Positions 36,020 to 48,875 of a stretch of DNA of 64,000 bases are shown here, in pieces. Origin of the DNA: Lama glama (lineage: Eukaryota); NCBI GenBank assembly GCA_028534125.1, contig CM052817.1, positions 64,358,001 to 64,422,000 of the forward strand, given 5' to 3'. Below the pieces are notes generated by a model. That model was given only the letters and a program-made list of their open reading frames with translations. It had not been told where the DNA came from and ran no database searches. How positions within the stretch are numbered: position 1 is the stretch's first letter; each line of letters begins with the position of its first letter. The position numbers were made by a program, and so were the translations under genes.

Positions 36020-37740
36020 CAAAATCCTAGGGAAAGATTTAGCAAGAAACATCCAGACTCACTTTATTGAGAATCATACAAGATTTTAATTATTGGAGAG
36101 AAATCTGTGTTCCTGCATAAGGACGGTCATTACTGTTGTCCCCAAATTAATATATACGATTAACATAATTACCAATAAAAGTTTATCTGAAAAGTGAACT
36201 AGTAAGAATAGCGAAAAAACTTCTAAAAACAAGAGTAATAAATTATAACTGCCTGGCCAGATCTTTAAATGTGCAAAACTGGTGCCAAAATGCAAAGTCC
36301 AAAAGCATGTAAAAAAAAAATTAAATAATGAATGTGACTTTTAAAATTAGTTCAAAAGGGATGAATAATTCAATATATGATGTGAATAACCATTTAACCA
36401 ATATAAAGTTAGATTACTACCTCATACCATATTCCAGAATAAATTCCAGATGAATGAAAGGGTTAATTAGTTTAAAAAATGAAGGCATAAAATTATCAAA
36501 AGAACATAGAGTTGGATATTTATCTATCCCTGAGAGTGCAAATGGCTTTCTAAGAAAATCCAGAGAACATAACAGAAAAAAACCAATAGAAATGATCATA
36601 AAATTCCTTCATGGTCATAATAATGATAACAGTGATAAAGTTGAAAGAAAATTATAATCTTTTCTTTATCTTTAATATGCAAATAAGTATTCTGTCTAAA
36701 AGGATGCATTCTGAAGGTCGACAGTTGTGATGTAGGGGAGGAGGGGGAAAACATTCGCTTTTTACTTTGTGCATTTTAAAAAAGAAGATGGGGTGGGATA
36801 ATGGGCCATTTTTACTTTTCTTTCTCTGTATTTTCTAGGTTTCAATTTTCAGTAATAAACACATACTACTAATTGGCTTATCAGGAAAAACACCCATCTT
36901 TTTAAAGCAAACTCAAAGCTTTAAAGTAGGCCAAAGGCTGCAGTAACTACAAGAAGAAAACATTCTTAAAAATCAATTTTAAAAAGCCTGTCATCCCAGT
37001 TGAACAATAGGCAAAGGACGTGAGTATAAAATAACAGTTCGTAAAGGAAGTAAAAATGGCCAACGGGCATAATAAAATATATTTAATTTTACTAGCAATC
37101 AAGGAAATATAAATTAATAATCTTGACATCTCACACTGGTCTGTGAAATTGGCAAAGATTAAAGAGAAGGAGAATGTTCAGAGCTGGTAAGGGTTTGAGG
37201 AAACACACTTGCAAGCATTGCTAGTGGGAACAGAATTTGGACAATGCTTCCAAAGGGCAATTTGGTGAATATATCAAAAGTCTTAAAATGTGCTACACAA
37301 ATTTTATCTTCAATTTTTCTGAAGAAGATAATCAAACAAGTGCACAAAGACCTTCAAGTATTGCTTGTAAGAGTGAAAACTGGAAACTGTTTAAATAACC
37401 ATCAATAGGGGAGAGGTTAAGTAAATAACAGCAAATCTGCAAAAGCAGAATACTGTTCAATCCTTAAATAGCTATATAAGTCTATATTTATTCACATGGA
37501 AAGATGGCCACAAAATAGTTCAAGATGTAGGTTATGAGACAGATCACAATTTTTAAAGTGTACATGTGTGTGCTCATGTGTGCAAAAGCAGAGAAAAACC
37601 TCTGGAAAGAAATGCCCACCTCCCTGCAATTTTTAAAGTAGTTCTGTTTAGATGGTGGGATTATAGGTGATCTTGCAGCTTTTCTTTCTGAAATTTCCTT
37701 TGACTTTTTTTTTTGTAAGCTATATATTAGTTTAGTTAAT
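36020..37740 (+). mobile_element. Very old L1 (L1ME-like) fragments
   Basis: 'ctacctcataccatattccagaataaattccagatg', 'attgctagtgggaacagaatttgg...gggcaatttggtgaatatatcaaaa'. Confidence 0.6.
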
Positions 37741-37919
37741 ACTCAGAAAAAAGTAATGCTTAAACAACCAAACAAACAAACAAAAAAACCTACCATCTGT
37801 GAAGTACATCTTACCCTCTGGGGTGTCCCAGATTCTACTCGTTTGCCACACAAATGTCTAATTGCTAGTCATTATAGGTTCTTATCCAAAACAGACCTGT
37901 GATAGAATTCAAGCCCCAG

Positions 37920-39110
37920 GGGAATCATGCTCCCTGACTTCAGACTATACTACAAAGCTACAGTAATCAAAACAGTATGGTACCAGCAGAAAAACAGACA
38001 CATAGATCAATGGAACAGGATAGAAAGTCCAGAAATAAATCCATGCACTACGGTCAATTAATCTACCAAAGGAGACAAGAATATACAATAGAGAAAAGAC
38101 AGTCTCTTCAATAAGTGGTGCTGGGAAAACCGGACAGCTACCTGTAAAAGACTGAAACTAGAACATTCTCTAACACCATATACAAAGATAAACTCAAAAT
38201 GGATTAAAGACTTACATGTAAGGCCAGATATTATAAAACTCATAGAGGAAAACATAAGCAGAGCACTCTGGGACATAAATCACAGCAACATATTTTTTGA
38301 ACCAGCTCCTGGAGTAATGGAAATAAAAGCAAAGATAAACAAATGGTATCTAATTAAACTCAAAAGCCTTTGCAAAGCTAGGGATACCATCAACAAAACA
38401 AAAAGACAACTTCCAGAATGGAGAAAATATTTGCAAATGATGCAACTGACAAGGGACTAATATCCAAAATATACAAACAGCTCATACACCTCAACATTAA
38501 AAAAAAAAAGCAATCTAATCAAAAATGGGCAAAAGACATCTCTCCAAAGAAGACATACAGATGGCCAACAAGCAAAGAAAAGACACTCAGCATCACTAAT
38601 TGTCAGAGAAATGCAAATCAAAACTACAATGAGATATCACCTCACACCCATCAGAACGGCCATCATTAAAAAGTCTACAAACTATAAATGCTGGAGAAGG
38701 TGTGGAGAAAAAGGAGCCTTCCTAAACTGTTGGTGGGAATGTAAATTGGTGCAGCCACTATGAAGGACAGTATGGAGGTTCCTTAAAAAATTAAAAATAG
38801 ACTTACAATGTGATCCAGCAATCTCATTCCTGAGTGTACATCCATAGAAAAATATAATTTGAAAAGACACATGCACCCCAATGTTCATAGAAACACTATT
38901 TACAATAGCCAAGACATGGAAACAACCCAAATGTCCATTGACAGATGAGTGGATAAAGAAGATGTGGTAAATACACACACACACACACGTGTGTGTGTGT
39001 GTGTGTATACACAATAGAATACTACTCAGCCATAAAAAATAAAATGCCATTTGCAGCAACATGGATGGACCTGGAGATTGTCATTCTAAGTGAAGTAAGC
39101 CAGAAAGAAA
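37920..39110 (+). mobile_element. L1 ORF2 3' portion lacking the distal 3'UTR and polyA
   Basis: 'ctccctgacttcagactatactacaaagctacagtaatcaaaacagtatggtac', [43 protein letters not shown]; stops abruptly at ~39110. Confidence 0.92.
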
Positions 39111-39114
39111 ATTC

Positions 39115-39310
39115 CATTAGCTTTCAGAGCAATGATGACATTACATGTCTTGCAACCTCTAGAAAACGCCACAGTACACTTGAGAATGCATGAGAATGTA
39201 AAACACAAATAAAGTCCTAGTAGTATTAAGAAAAAAAATAGCTTGACCTCTAGACCCTGGAAAGGTCTCTGGGACTTCAGTGGTCCCCAGAACCACTAAT
39301 TTAAGAATAA
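39115..39310 (+). mobile_element. Probable hAT-Charlie DNA transposon end
   Basis: 'aatagcttgacctctagaccctggaaaggtctctgggacttcagtggtccccagaaccact'. Confidence 0.5.
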
Positions 39311-40279
39311 TGTGAATTGTCTAATATTGCAACACCACCCCTGCTCGTCGTGTGCCACTGTCGCAAATTCTGTGCTACTCTAAATACCTTCGCATCCCTG
39401 AATTAGAATCTGAAGAGAAGCAAGAAAATGGGCACTTGCCATTACTACTAAATAATCCTTCATTACGCAAGAATCTATTTGCACTAGAGCTATCTAATAG
39501 GAAGACTTTGACAGGTTCATCTGTCTTTTCTTACTAAGTACTTCCTCCCCTTGCCCCAAGGCCCTGAAGAGTCTTAGTCCTAGAGCTGAGCCAGCTCTCA
39601 CTGTCACGTTCAGAGCGCCTTTTGGGTCTTCTTAGCCCTGGCCAATGACTTTTCAGTAGCATCTAACTGGGAACTAAGTTCCATTTAGGAATTCCCCTTC
39701 CTCAGGGTTTTTCTACCTCCCCCCTTTCTGATGGCTACTGTGAACTCCCAGGGGCTTATACAAAGTACTGAGTGGGATCATTATGGGAGGAAAGTGGGTC
39801 CACTCTGGGCTCCTTCTATAGCAGCTCCCCCTCCCCAGGTAACCTGGGTCAGTCTAGTTCTTGGCACATCACCCAAGGGTCTCTCTCCTGGAAACGGTGA
39901 GGGCCCATCTACACATGGGTCCCCATCCTGCTGCCACTCAGCACCTCGGGGCTGGAGATGCTGCCAAGACTGCAGCAGTGACCTTCGCCCATCACTGGCA
40001 GAGGCCTCCTACCCCTCCTTCTGCCGGTCCTTCACTTGCACTGGAGCGGACCTGCTCCCTCTCTTTCTCTCAGTTAACTTCTTTACCTGCGAATCTTCTG
40101 GATCCCCTTCTATCCCCACTTCAGAAACTTGGGGCCAGTCTATGGCTTTCTCCTGCTTAGATTTTCCATGTCGTTGTCCTGTTGGCCCTCTCCATACAGA
40201 TGTCAAAACTCCAAATGAAGGATGGGGCATGAGTTGTCTCTACTCTTGGATCCCCCAAGCATCAGGAAACAACTGGTCA

Positions 40280-40408
40280 GGGTTGGGTATAGCTCAGTGG
40301 TAGAGCACGTGCCTAGTTTTCATGAGGTCCTGGGTTCAATCCCCAGTACCTCCACTAAAATAAATAAATAAATAAACCTAATTACCCCCACCCCAAACAA
40401 AACCAAAC
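40280..40408 (+). mobile_element. tRNA-Ala-derived SINE (vic-1 type)
   Basis: 'gggtatagctcagtggtagagcacgtgcc...gaggtcctgggttcaatccccagtacctcca'; TSD aaacaa(c/t)t(g/t)gtca at 40267-40279 and 40409-40421. Confidence 0.92.
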
Positions 40409-41670
40409 AAACAATTTGTCATGTCACCCTCTGTACAGGGTTTATTTCAGAGTACGGGGCAAATTACAAGGACTTCATGCTACCTTTTATAGTTTTCCTC
40501 AACTGCAAACCCTTCTCCCTGTCTGAGGCTCAGAGCTCTTTATTGGGGTTAGTGGCAGGGCCAAGGTTCTACTTACACCTGCTTTGTGAATCTCTCCAGT
40601 GTCACAGCAGAGCCCTCAATGTTTGCCCTAAAAGGCTAAAGTTGCTTTTCTCTTTGCCTCTCTACTGTGTTTCTTGCAAGTCCCCAGTGGAGCAAATGTA
40701 AGCCCCACGTTTCTGAGTCTGATGGGAGAGCGGTCCAGGAACTAAGATTGAATTCCTCATTATTATTCTGCTGCCTGTACCTTATTCGCTAGATTTTGCT
40801 AGTGTTAAGTGTTCAAATAATTACTGCTTATTCACGAAGTAGATCAACAAAGGATCTTTTGAAAGGACCCTCTGTGGTTTGGGGTACAGTCGTTGAGGTC
40901 TTCAAGCACTCAGCCTCCACACTGAAGCAGGACCCACGCTTACAGTGCTGGATGCGGCCCCAGGGGCGGGACTGTGCGGCTTGCTGCTTTAAGGAGCCCC
41001 ACCATGGCTAAGTTGATCAGCCACCCAGTCTCTCTTCCATCCCATCAGGTCTTCCCACAGGCCTTCCGACTTCTTGTCCTAAGCACCTTGCAATTACTCC
41101 CTGCCGAGCTTAGCCACTTTCCCCAAGGCTTTTTCAAAGGACCCCTTCTGTGCGCATCCTCCCAGCTTTTGACACTGAGGATCACTTCAAAGGCTGGCAG
41201 CCCCGGGAAGGGAGGAATGACAATAAAAGAAATCCCAACTGGAGAAAGGTTTGCTTTGGCTGGATTGTTCTGTAGATGGGGAGGCGCCTGCTGCAACCTC
41301 TGCAGCTCCCTCGCCCTCACAGCTCATTACAGATGTTTTCTTTCGGTCTGGTGCCCTTCTGTCCCGCCTGGGCCTCTGAGCCCCGACTTCTAGCAGGCTT
41401 ATGTAAGTGTCCGCAAGGCCTCCACTGCTCCTGCCTCCGCTGATTCCTTTATCTGATGCCAACATGCCATTCTCCACATCTTGCTCTGAGTCACACTCAG
41501 AAGGTGGGGCCCTTTGCTCTTCAGTTATGCGATTTATTTTCAGGCCCCTGGGCTCAGCCCAGTGGAACAACCCTCTACCAGTAAGACTGCCCCATCGTGT
41601 GTTTCCTCCAGGAACCACTTGTGGGCCTCCACCGAAATCCTGAACTTCAACAAGAGTATTATTATTATTT

Positions 41671-41805
41671 GGGGTTCATTTTTTGTTTTGTGGGAGGAGG
41701 TTAATTAGGTTTCTTTCTTTCTTTATTTAATGGCAGTATTGAAGATTGAACCCAGGACCTCGTGCATGCTAAGCATGCTACCACTGAGCTAGACCTCCCC
41801 CACTG
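41671..41805 (-). mobile_element. tRNA-Ala-derived SINE (vic-1 type)
   Basis: 'gattgaacccaggacctcgtgcatgctaagcatgctaccactgagctag'; TSD gagtattattatt at 41654-41666 and 41806-41818. Confidence 0.9.
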
Positions 41806-42924
41806 GAGTATTATTATTTCTTTGTGCAGGGCTTGAAATTTTTTCTAAAGCATCCTGCAAACCAAACCAATCACTGAATTCACCCCACTGATCACCAATT
41901 TAGGACCATTAACTGATTTGCCTGAACAAGGAATTTTTGACCCTCTTGAAGTACTTTTGACCTTCTCTTGCAGTGTTGGTTTACATAAAATGCTTTTGAA
42001 AAGCCCGAACCATAGAGCCCAGAAAACGACCAGCACAGCCCAGGAGACACGTGCTGGCATCCATGCCGTCCGTGGGGGCGGCTGTCCTTCAGGTTCACTT
42101 GGGAGATCTGGCCAAGTATTGAGTCCTTCTCTTGAGGAAATGGGGCCCACACAGCCTCCTGATCTCCCTGCAGACCATGCAGCAGACGGCTGGCCAGGTG
42201 GCCTTTTGCTGTCCCTAGCACGAAGTGGGTTCATCCGTTAGGGACGTGAAAACGCAGGCACCCTTTGTTCCTTGTGCTTCTGTCCAGAGGCTGCTTCCCC
42301 TCCCAGAGGGCTCCCTAGGCCTGCCTTCGGGGGCTGCTGCCTCTCCCTTTCCCCACTGCCCCCTCGCACCAGGAAAGGTCAGAGCAGCTGGACAAACACC
42401 ACATGCCCAAGTTAAAGTAACAAAGACCCTTTCTGGGGCCTTGCTCGAGCTTACTGATGATAAGAGACTGTTTCCTAAAAGAAAACAGTCCCTCGGAACC
42501 TAAGCCACCTGCTCGAAAGCACCTCCTGCCTGTCTGATGTAATCTGAGAACAGAACCTGGAACTGAGTGCCCTGTGGATTGCTTGGAACTGGTTAGGAAG
42601 TAAGTTGTTCTAGTATTCTTTTCTGTTTGCACTGAGCTAACTCAAAAATAGAGCAACAGGTGACCCACGTGGAGTTCTGCCCACGCAGATTACGTCAAGA
42701 AGCGAAAAGGGTGATTTCCAAGAGCCTCAATCTGTCCGTGTGTGTGAGTATGTGTGGGAAAAAAACACACTGGGAATATGATGACAGGGTGAAAACTGTA
42801 CTCACCAAACTTGTCTCAGGGAAGGAAAGTGCTGTATGTGGTTCAAAGGCATAAAGTTCTCACATAGCCACCTGGGCTGGGAATGAGAACCTCTACGAGG
42901 CATCCTTGAATAAAAACAGTCGGC

Positions 42925-42990
42925 CAACTAACTACTTCTAAGAAACTAACTAACTAACTGTCTAACTTTCTAACCAACTGTCTTCTAAGG
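42925..42990. repeat. Degenerate (TAAC)n low-complexity repeat
   Basis: caactaactacttctaagaaactaactaactaactgtctaactttctaaccaactg. Confidence 0.7.
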
Positions 42991-44377
42991 AAGACAAGCG
43001 CAATTAATTACTAAGTTCTTGTTTTCCCTGGTGGAATGCGGCCAGAGCAGAACTGCTGGGTCAACAGAGGAGAGGCTGAGTCCTGCCGCCCGTGTCCTCC
43101 TTCTCTGCCAGAGCTTCTGGCATCTCCCTCAACCAGTGAACTGAAAAGTCTAGAGTATCTTTGAAATATTAGTTGAAGGAGTGCCAAAACGTTAGCTTGC
43201 CAAGAAACCCACACATTTGGCTAAGCAGTTTGCTGGACCTTAGCAGTTTGCCATCTTGGAACTTTGACTGGTTCACCCTGGGGAGATAGCATTGTTCATC
43301 TGGACAGTTTTTCAACTAGGTGATTTGAGTGTCCTGGTTCCAGACCTTCCTCTTGGGGAGTGGGTGTAAGTGGGGAGATCTCAAGGCAAATCTCTACTTT
43401 AGAGTTAAAAAGAGGAAGCAGGACACCTGTGCAGTCACTTCGCCAATTTTCACTGGGCAATGAGAGTAAGGTTACTCAACTCCCAAGTTCTCTTACCCTA
43501 GGTATCAGCTCTATTCCAGCCAAGACCCACCTGAGAAGAGCTGGCTCCACACAGAGCCTCTGGGCTGAAGTCCCCAGTAGGAATTAGGAAGGCAGATAGC
43601 TACGGGTAAAGAGATGAGGTGGAGGAAAACAGGCCTAGGGAATGAAATCCTTTCTCAAAGATGCTGGCAAGGTATCTGGGCCATGGGTAAGGCATCCTGT
43701 TGAGAGCCTAAATGTGACCAACCTCCCTTGTGCCCAGTTATTTGCTTGAGGTCCCTTGACCTACAACATAGCCCCCAAACCTACAAAATCTGTCTTTACA
43801 ACAAATTCAATTTGGAATGCATGAACTCTGCCCCATGTCATTTGCCATTCCTACGCCCAAGCACCTAGCACTGCAGCTGTCATTCATTATCTGTTTATCT
43901 GTCCTATCCAGTAACATAGATGTGTCATTTGTTTGCTCTGTCTCCCCAGGAAAGGATAATCTCCTTTCGAAAGCGCAGGCTCAGAGCTGAGCTCCATGCA
44001 CAATGACAGTGAGGGCTAGAAGCCTGTGTTCACCACAGACATGGCCTGGCAGTCCTGGCCTCCCCACAGCCAGCTCCGGGGCCCCTCTACACTGAGGGGT
44101 CCTCTTGGACTGTGTTCAAAATTTTCACTAAGATGAAAAGCCAACTTACTGTATTACAGTTGGCCTTTGTTTAGGCCAAGTAAAAGACAATTTGCCAAAA
44201 TTAAAATGGAAAATTTGGAGTCAATTTTAAATATGTTTTAAATGAGGGAGTATTGCATGTGCATATGTGAGTGTATGTGTGTGCGCGTGGTCCTCAGTTA
44301 GTGTCACCAGTTGCTCAGATGTTCTTGAACACCAGATAAATATAAAGGAAAGTATCTTGATTTGGTCTGCATATAGC

Positions 44378-45855
44378 GTTGGGATTGTTCAGTCTGGAGA
44401 AGTGAAGTCTGAGGGGTAATAGCCTAAAGAAAGTCACTATTAAGAATTAATTTTTTTTTAAAAAGCTTAAATGGTTTCAAAATGGCTTAAAGACTTAAAT
44501 ATAAGACATGATACTATAAAACTAGAAGAGAACATAGGAAACACATTCTCAGACATAAATCGTAGCAGTATTTTCTTAGATCAGTCTCCCAAGGCAAAAG
44601 AAATAAAAGCAAAAATGAACAAATGGGACTTGATCAAATTTATAAGTTTTTGCACAGCAAAGGAAACCATAAACAAAACAAAAAGACAGCCTGCAGACTG
44701 GAAGAAAAAATTTGCAAATGACGTGACCAACAAGGGCTTTTTTCCCCCCCAAAATATACAAAAAGCTCATATAATTCAATATTGAAAAACAGACAATCCA
44801 ATCAAAAAATGGGCAGAAGACTGAAATAGACATTTTTCCAAAGAAGACATACAGACGGCCAACAGGCATATGAAAAGATGCTCAACATTGCTAATTATTA
44901 GAAAAATGCGAATCAAAACTACAATGAGGTATCACTTCATACCAGTCAGACTGGCCATCACCAAAAAGTCTGCAAATAATAAATGCTGGAGAGGGTGTAG
45001 AGAAAAAGGAGTCCTCCTACATTGTTGGTGGGAATGTAAATTGGTGCAGCCACTATGGAAAACAGTATGCAGGTTCCTTAAAAAACTAAAAATAGAGTTA
45101 TCATATGATCCAGCAATCCCACTCCTGGGCATATATCCAGAGAAGACTCTTATTCAAAAAGATAAATGCACCCCATTTTCACAGAAGCACTATTAACAGT
45201 AGCCAAGACTTGGAAGCAACCTAAGTGTCCATCAATAGATAAATGGATAAAAAAGATGTGGTGTATCTATACAATGGAGTATTATTCAGCCATAAAAAAG
45301 AATGAAAATTGCCATTTGCAGCAACATGGACAGACCTAGAGATTATAATACTAAGTGAAGTAAGTCAGGGAAGGACAAATATTATATAATATCACTTCAC
45401 TTATACATGGAAACTAAAATATGATACAAATGAACTTCTCTACATACCAGAAAGAGACTCACAGACAGAAAACAAACTTATGGTTACCAAAGGGGAAAGG
45501 GAGGAGGAGGGATAAATTAGGAGTATAAGATTAACAGATACACACTACTATATTAAAATAGATAAACAACAAGGATTTACTACATAGCACAGAGAATTAT
45601 ACTCAATAGCTTGTCTTTAAAAAAGGAGAAACAGCTTAAACTGCTGCATGAGATTTCTTTATTAATGAAAATAATTAAATATTGAAATGGATTATATCAA
45701 TAGAGGATATGGAATCTTCTCTAAGGGTCACTGAAATACAGCTTGTCAGTTACTAGATAGTTTAGCACTGGTCCCAACCAAAGGAAGAAAGGACATTTCC
45801 CCTATTTTCAGTTGGAGTAAAAAATCCCTGTAATGGTTCTTCTAGCTTTAATCTA
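44378..45855 (+). mobile_element. CR1/L3 remnant split by an L1
   Basis: 'gttgggattgttcagtctggagaagtgaagtctgaggggtaa' (LGLFSLEK..LRG motif) before the L1; CR1-like 3' text after 45640 is weaker. Confidence 0.55.
44472..45632 (+). mobile_element. 5'-truncated L1 (ORF2 tail plus partial 3'UTR)
   Basis: [46 protein letters not shown]; possible TSD agcttaaa at 44464-44471 and 45633-45640. Confidence 0.92.
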
Positions 45856-46225
45856 GGTATCTGCTATGCATTTATAACCAAGTACATTGAAGTAAAATAG
45901 CTTTCTTAATAATACATTATTTTTGAGGAGAGCTAATGTGGACTAGTAAGAAAAAGAATTTTAAAGTGTATATGTAATTTATTGTAATCATTAAATTAGG
46001 ATCGCATTTTGAAAACCAACACATCAACAAAAAATTGGGAGAAAACTGTATCTCAGGACCTTGTAGACTCTGAAAAATCATCATCTACCTTTTTAAATTA
46101 TACCTCTTTCATGCCTTCATTTCTAGTCCATAGTCACACTCCATAGGAACGGACATGACTGTGACAACACTTGCCATGTCCTAAAGGGCTTATCTTCCCC
46201 ACTTTGCCTCTATTAACAATAAACC

Positions 46226-46279
46226 TAACACCAGAAATTGACACATTGTGTCTATACTTCAATTTAAAAAAAAAAAAAA
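46226..46279 (+). mobile_element. Tiny L1 3' stub
   Basis: 'acaccagaaattgacacattgtgtctatacttcaattt' + A-tract, matching the L1 end at 22190-22242. Confidence 0.75.
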
Positions 46280-46294
46280 CCCTGAGCAGTCATA

Positions 46295-47350
46295 AGTATT
46301 TAATATGTGACAAAAGTAGATTGTTCAGTAAGTGATCTTGGGAAAATTGGTTAGTTCTTTGGGAAAAAAATGAAGTTTGATCTTTATTTCAAAGTGTAAT
46401 CCAAAATAAATTCCAAATAAATTAAACGTCCAAAATGAAAATGTAAAATAACTGGCAATCAGTCTTTGGATAGGGAAACCCATTGTAAAGAAAACAACAG
46501 AGGAGGAAAATATTATATGAAAGATTAATAAAGATTCACAATCTAAATGTTAAAAGCCTTTGTTGGTTAAATACACACACATGCCAAATAAAAGCTAACT
46601 GATATTCTAGGGGGACACCTTCCTAGTATATGTGAAAAATGGCTATTATTAAAATTTACAACTGGTCTTTCAGATTAACAAAGAAAGGAGAATTCATCAA
46701 TAGGAAAATAGACCGAGAACATAAAGGAGAAATTCTCAGGAAAAAAAAAGGCAAGGACTAAATAAAAATACGCAAAAAATGTTCAACCTCACTATTCATT
46801 TAAAATCGAGAAAAATTTATAAGTAATTCAATGAGATACTCTTTTCAAACCAAACACATTGACTGCTATTAAAAAGAATAGTATGAGAGTGGCAATGGTA
46901 AGGGAAGACCAGCCCTCGTCTACCCGGCTGGCAGGAGTGAAATGGGTGCCTTTCTGGATGGCAAGCAGGTGATATGTGCCAACAAACTTAAAACATACTA
47001 ATTTGACCCAGCAATTTCACTTCTATGGATTTATGGTAAGAAAGTAATGTTATACAAGGATAATTATCATGTCATGGTTTAAACTAGTGAAAAATTGGAA
47101 ATAATTTAAATACCTAAAAAGAGGGGATTGGTTATATCAATTATTAGATATCTATAGACCAAAACACCAGTCATTAAAAATCATTCTGCAGATGAATACT
47201 TGTGGGCATGGAAAATGTCCAGCCTGTCACTAAGGCTAAAATTACATGTGCGGTATGGTAGTATTAAGCACATTATTGTGGGGGGGGAGCTGAAACAGCA
47301 CAATAAAAAGTTCTGAGAGTGAAAGGATGGTTTTCTGTTTCTTTTCGTAT
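46295..47350 (+). mobile_element. Very old L1 (L1ME-like) fragment
   Basis: 'ttgttcagtaagtgatcttgggaaaattgg', 'tttgacccagcaatttcacttctatgg'. Confidence 0.65.
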
Positions 47351-48689
47351 TCTTGCTATTGTTGGCTGAAATTCTATCTGCATCAAGCATACAACACATA
47401 CAAGAAAGAAAAGATCATTTTTAAATAGTAATAAAAGAGAACAAAGGAACCCCAGTCCAGGTCTATGGAAAACTAGTCAGAAGTGGACTAGTGGTTCCAT
47501 GATTAGTTTGGACTCTAAATTTTAAGCAGCTTAGAAATCAATGGTAAATCCTTGGGCTGACCACAGGGTCCTGCTCTGCCCTCTGAGGATCCGTTATCTC
47601 CAGCCCCGTTCCAGGAGGTGTGGGCGACTCTCAGGTGTGCCAGGCACCAAGTGCTGGGCCAGAAGGAAAGCTAAGGTCTTCACCAGTCAGGAAAAGGAGG
47701 TGCCCGAAGGCACTCAAACACGATGATAGACTGCGCTATGTCAGGTTTTTACATTTTAGAAGCTGCATGTTTGAGTCGTTTGCCTGTCCATCCTGCCTGC
47801 CCTGCTATTTCTAGGTGTTCTGACAGGACTTTCCATATTGCAGCAACTGGGGAATTACTAAGCAGTCAGCTAATTAATAGAATTTCTACAGCCAGTTGCA
47901 AGAAAAATACCAAATGAGAAACTGTAAATCAACAAAGAAGTGTTTATTCCTCGTGAAGGAACTGTGATTACCCAAATTCAAGACATATGTCAACTCTTCG
48001 AGATTTCTCAGGCAAGAAAGCAGGAAAACATCTCATTCTTTTCCTCACCCTTTGAAGTTTGTTTTTTTTTTTTCAGGGTTACCTAACAGATATTATTTTT
48101 CATTAGTAACTTCATCTGACAGACAACAAACATTTTCTCCTTCATTCGGTAGGGTCAGAAGGTTGCAGCTTCCTACTATATCATCTTGGTAAGAGGGACT
48201 CTAAAGCCACTTGCAACCATATATTGTTACATGACCTTGATTTGTAGGGCTCGGGAGTACAATGGGCAAAGAATAAACACAGGATGTGTTCTTCACTCTG
48301 AATTGTTTAGTGTTAAAATAGCACACTGAGTGGTGGCCGCCAGTGCCACAGTGACAGGCATTTACACATGTATGTTGTGCCCTATTTTGGGGTTTATGAG
48401 AAATCTGTGTGCAATCAAAAGAGTTCTAGACCTGGGTACCTTCTCTTTTCTGGGTACCAGGGAGAGCTGGAGCCGAGTCCTGCAGAGGGTTGTATGGGGC
48501 TCTTGAAACCAGGGTTAAAAATTTCCAGCATACGTTATGAAAAAAATTATATTCATGACAACAATTTGAATTTGTTTAAGGAGGCAGCATGTTAAAAAAA
48601 AAAAGATTGGAGATTCTGGAATTAGACTTAGTTCAAATCCCTGTCTTCTTTCTTATTAGAGGTATGGCCTTAATCTCAAAAATTCATAA

Positions 48690-48875
48690 GGCACATAGAG
48701 CTTTATGGTGCATTTTCAAACACTGCCTCACTTGATCTTTGCAATTATCCCACAAGAAAGATATGATTACCCCTAATTTACAGTTGAGGAAACTGAGGCT
48801 CAGAAATGGTAATGTCCTAAATCATGCAGGATAAGGACCCGTACCTTCTGAGTCATAGTCCTGTGCTCTTTCCAC
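48690..48875 (-). mobile_element. MIR SINE
   Basis: 'attacccctaatttacagttgaggaaactgaggctcaga'. Confidence 0.75.

Noticed and set aside
39731..40303. 190-aa ORF, the longest gap-free ORF in the window
   Set aside because: No recognisable domain, Ser/Pro/Gly/Cys-rich composition typical of chance GC-rich frames, and the stop lies inside a SINE.
41000..42650. Cluster of overlapping 90-140 aa ORFs on both strands
   Set aside because: GC-richer DNA gives long frames on both strands; no protein family or consistent exon structure was seen.
44471..45196. ORFs with reverse-transcriptase-family C-terminal motifs (also 14469, 21736, 38418, 58924)
   Set aside because: Frameshifted fragments of 5'-truncated L1 ORF2, not intact genes or a novel RT system.
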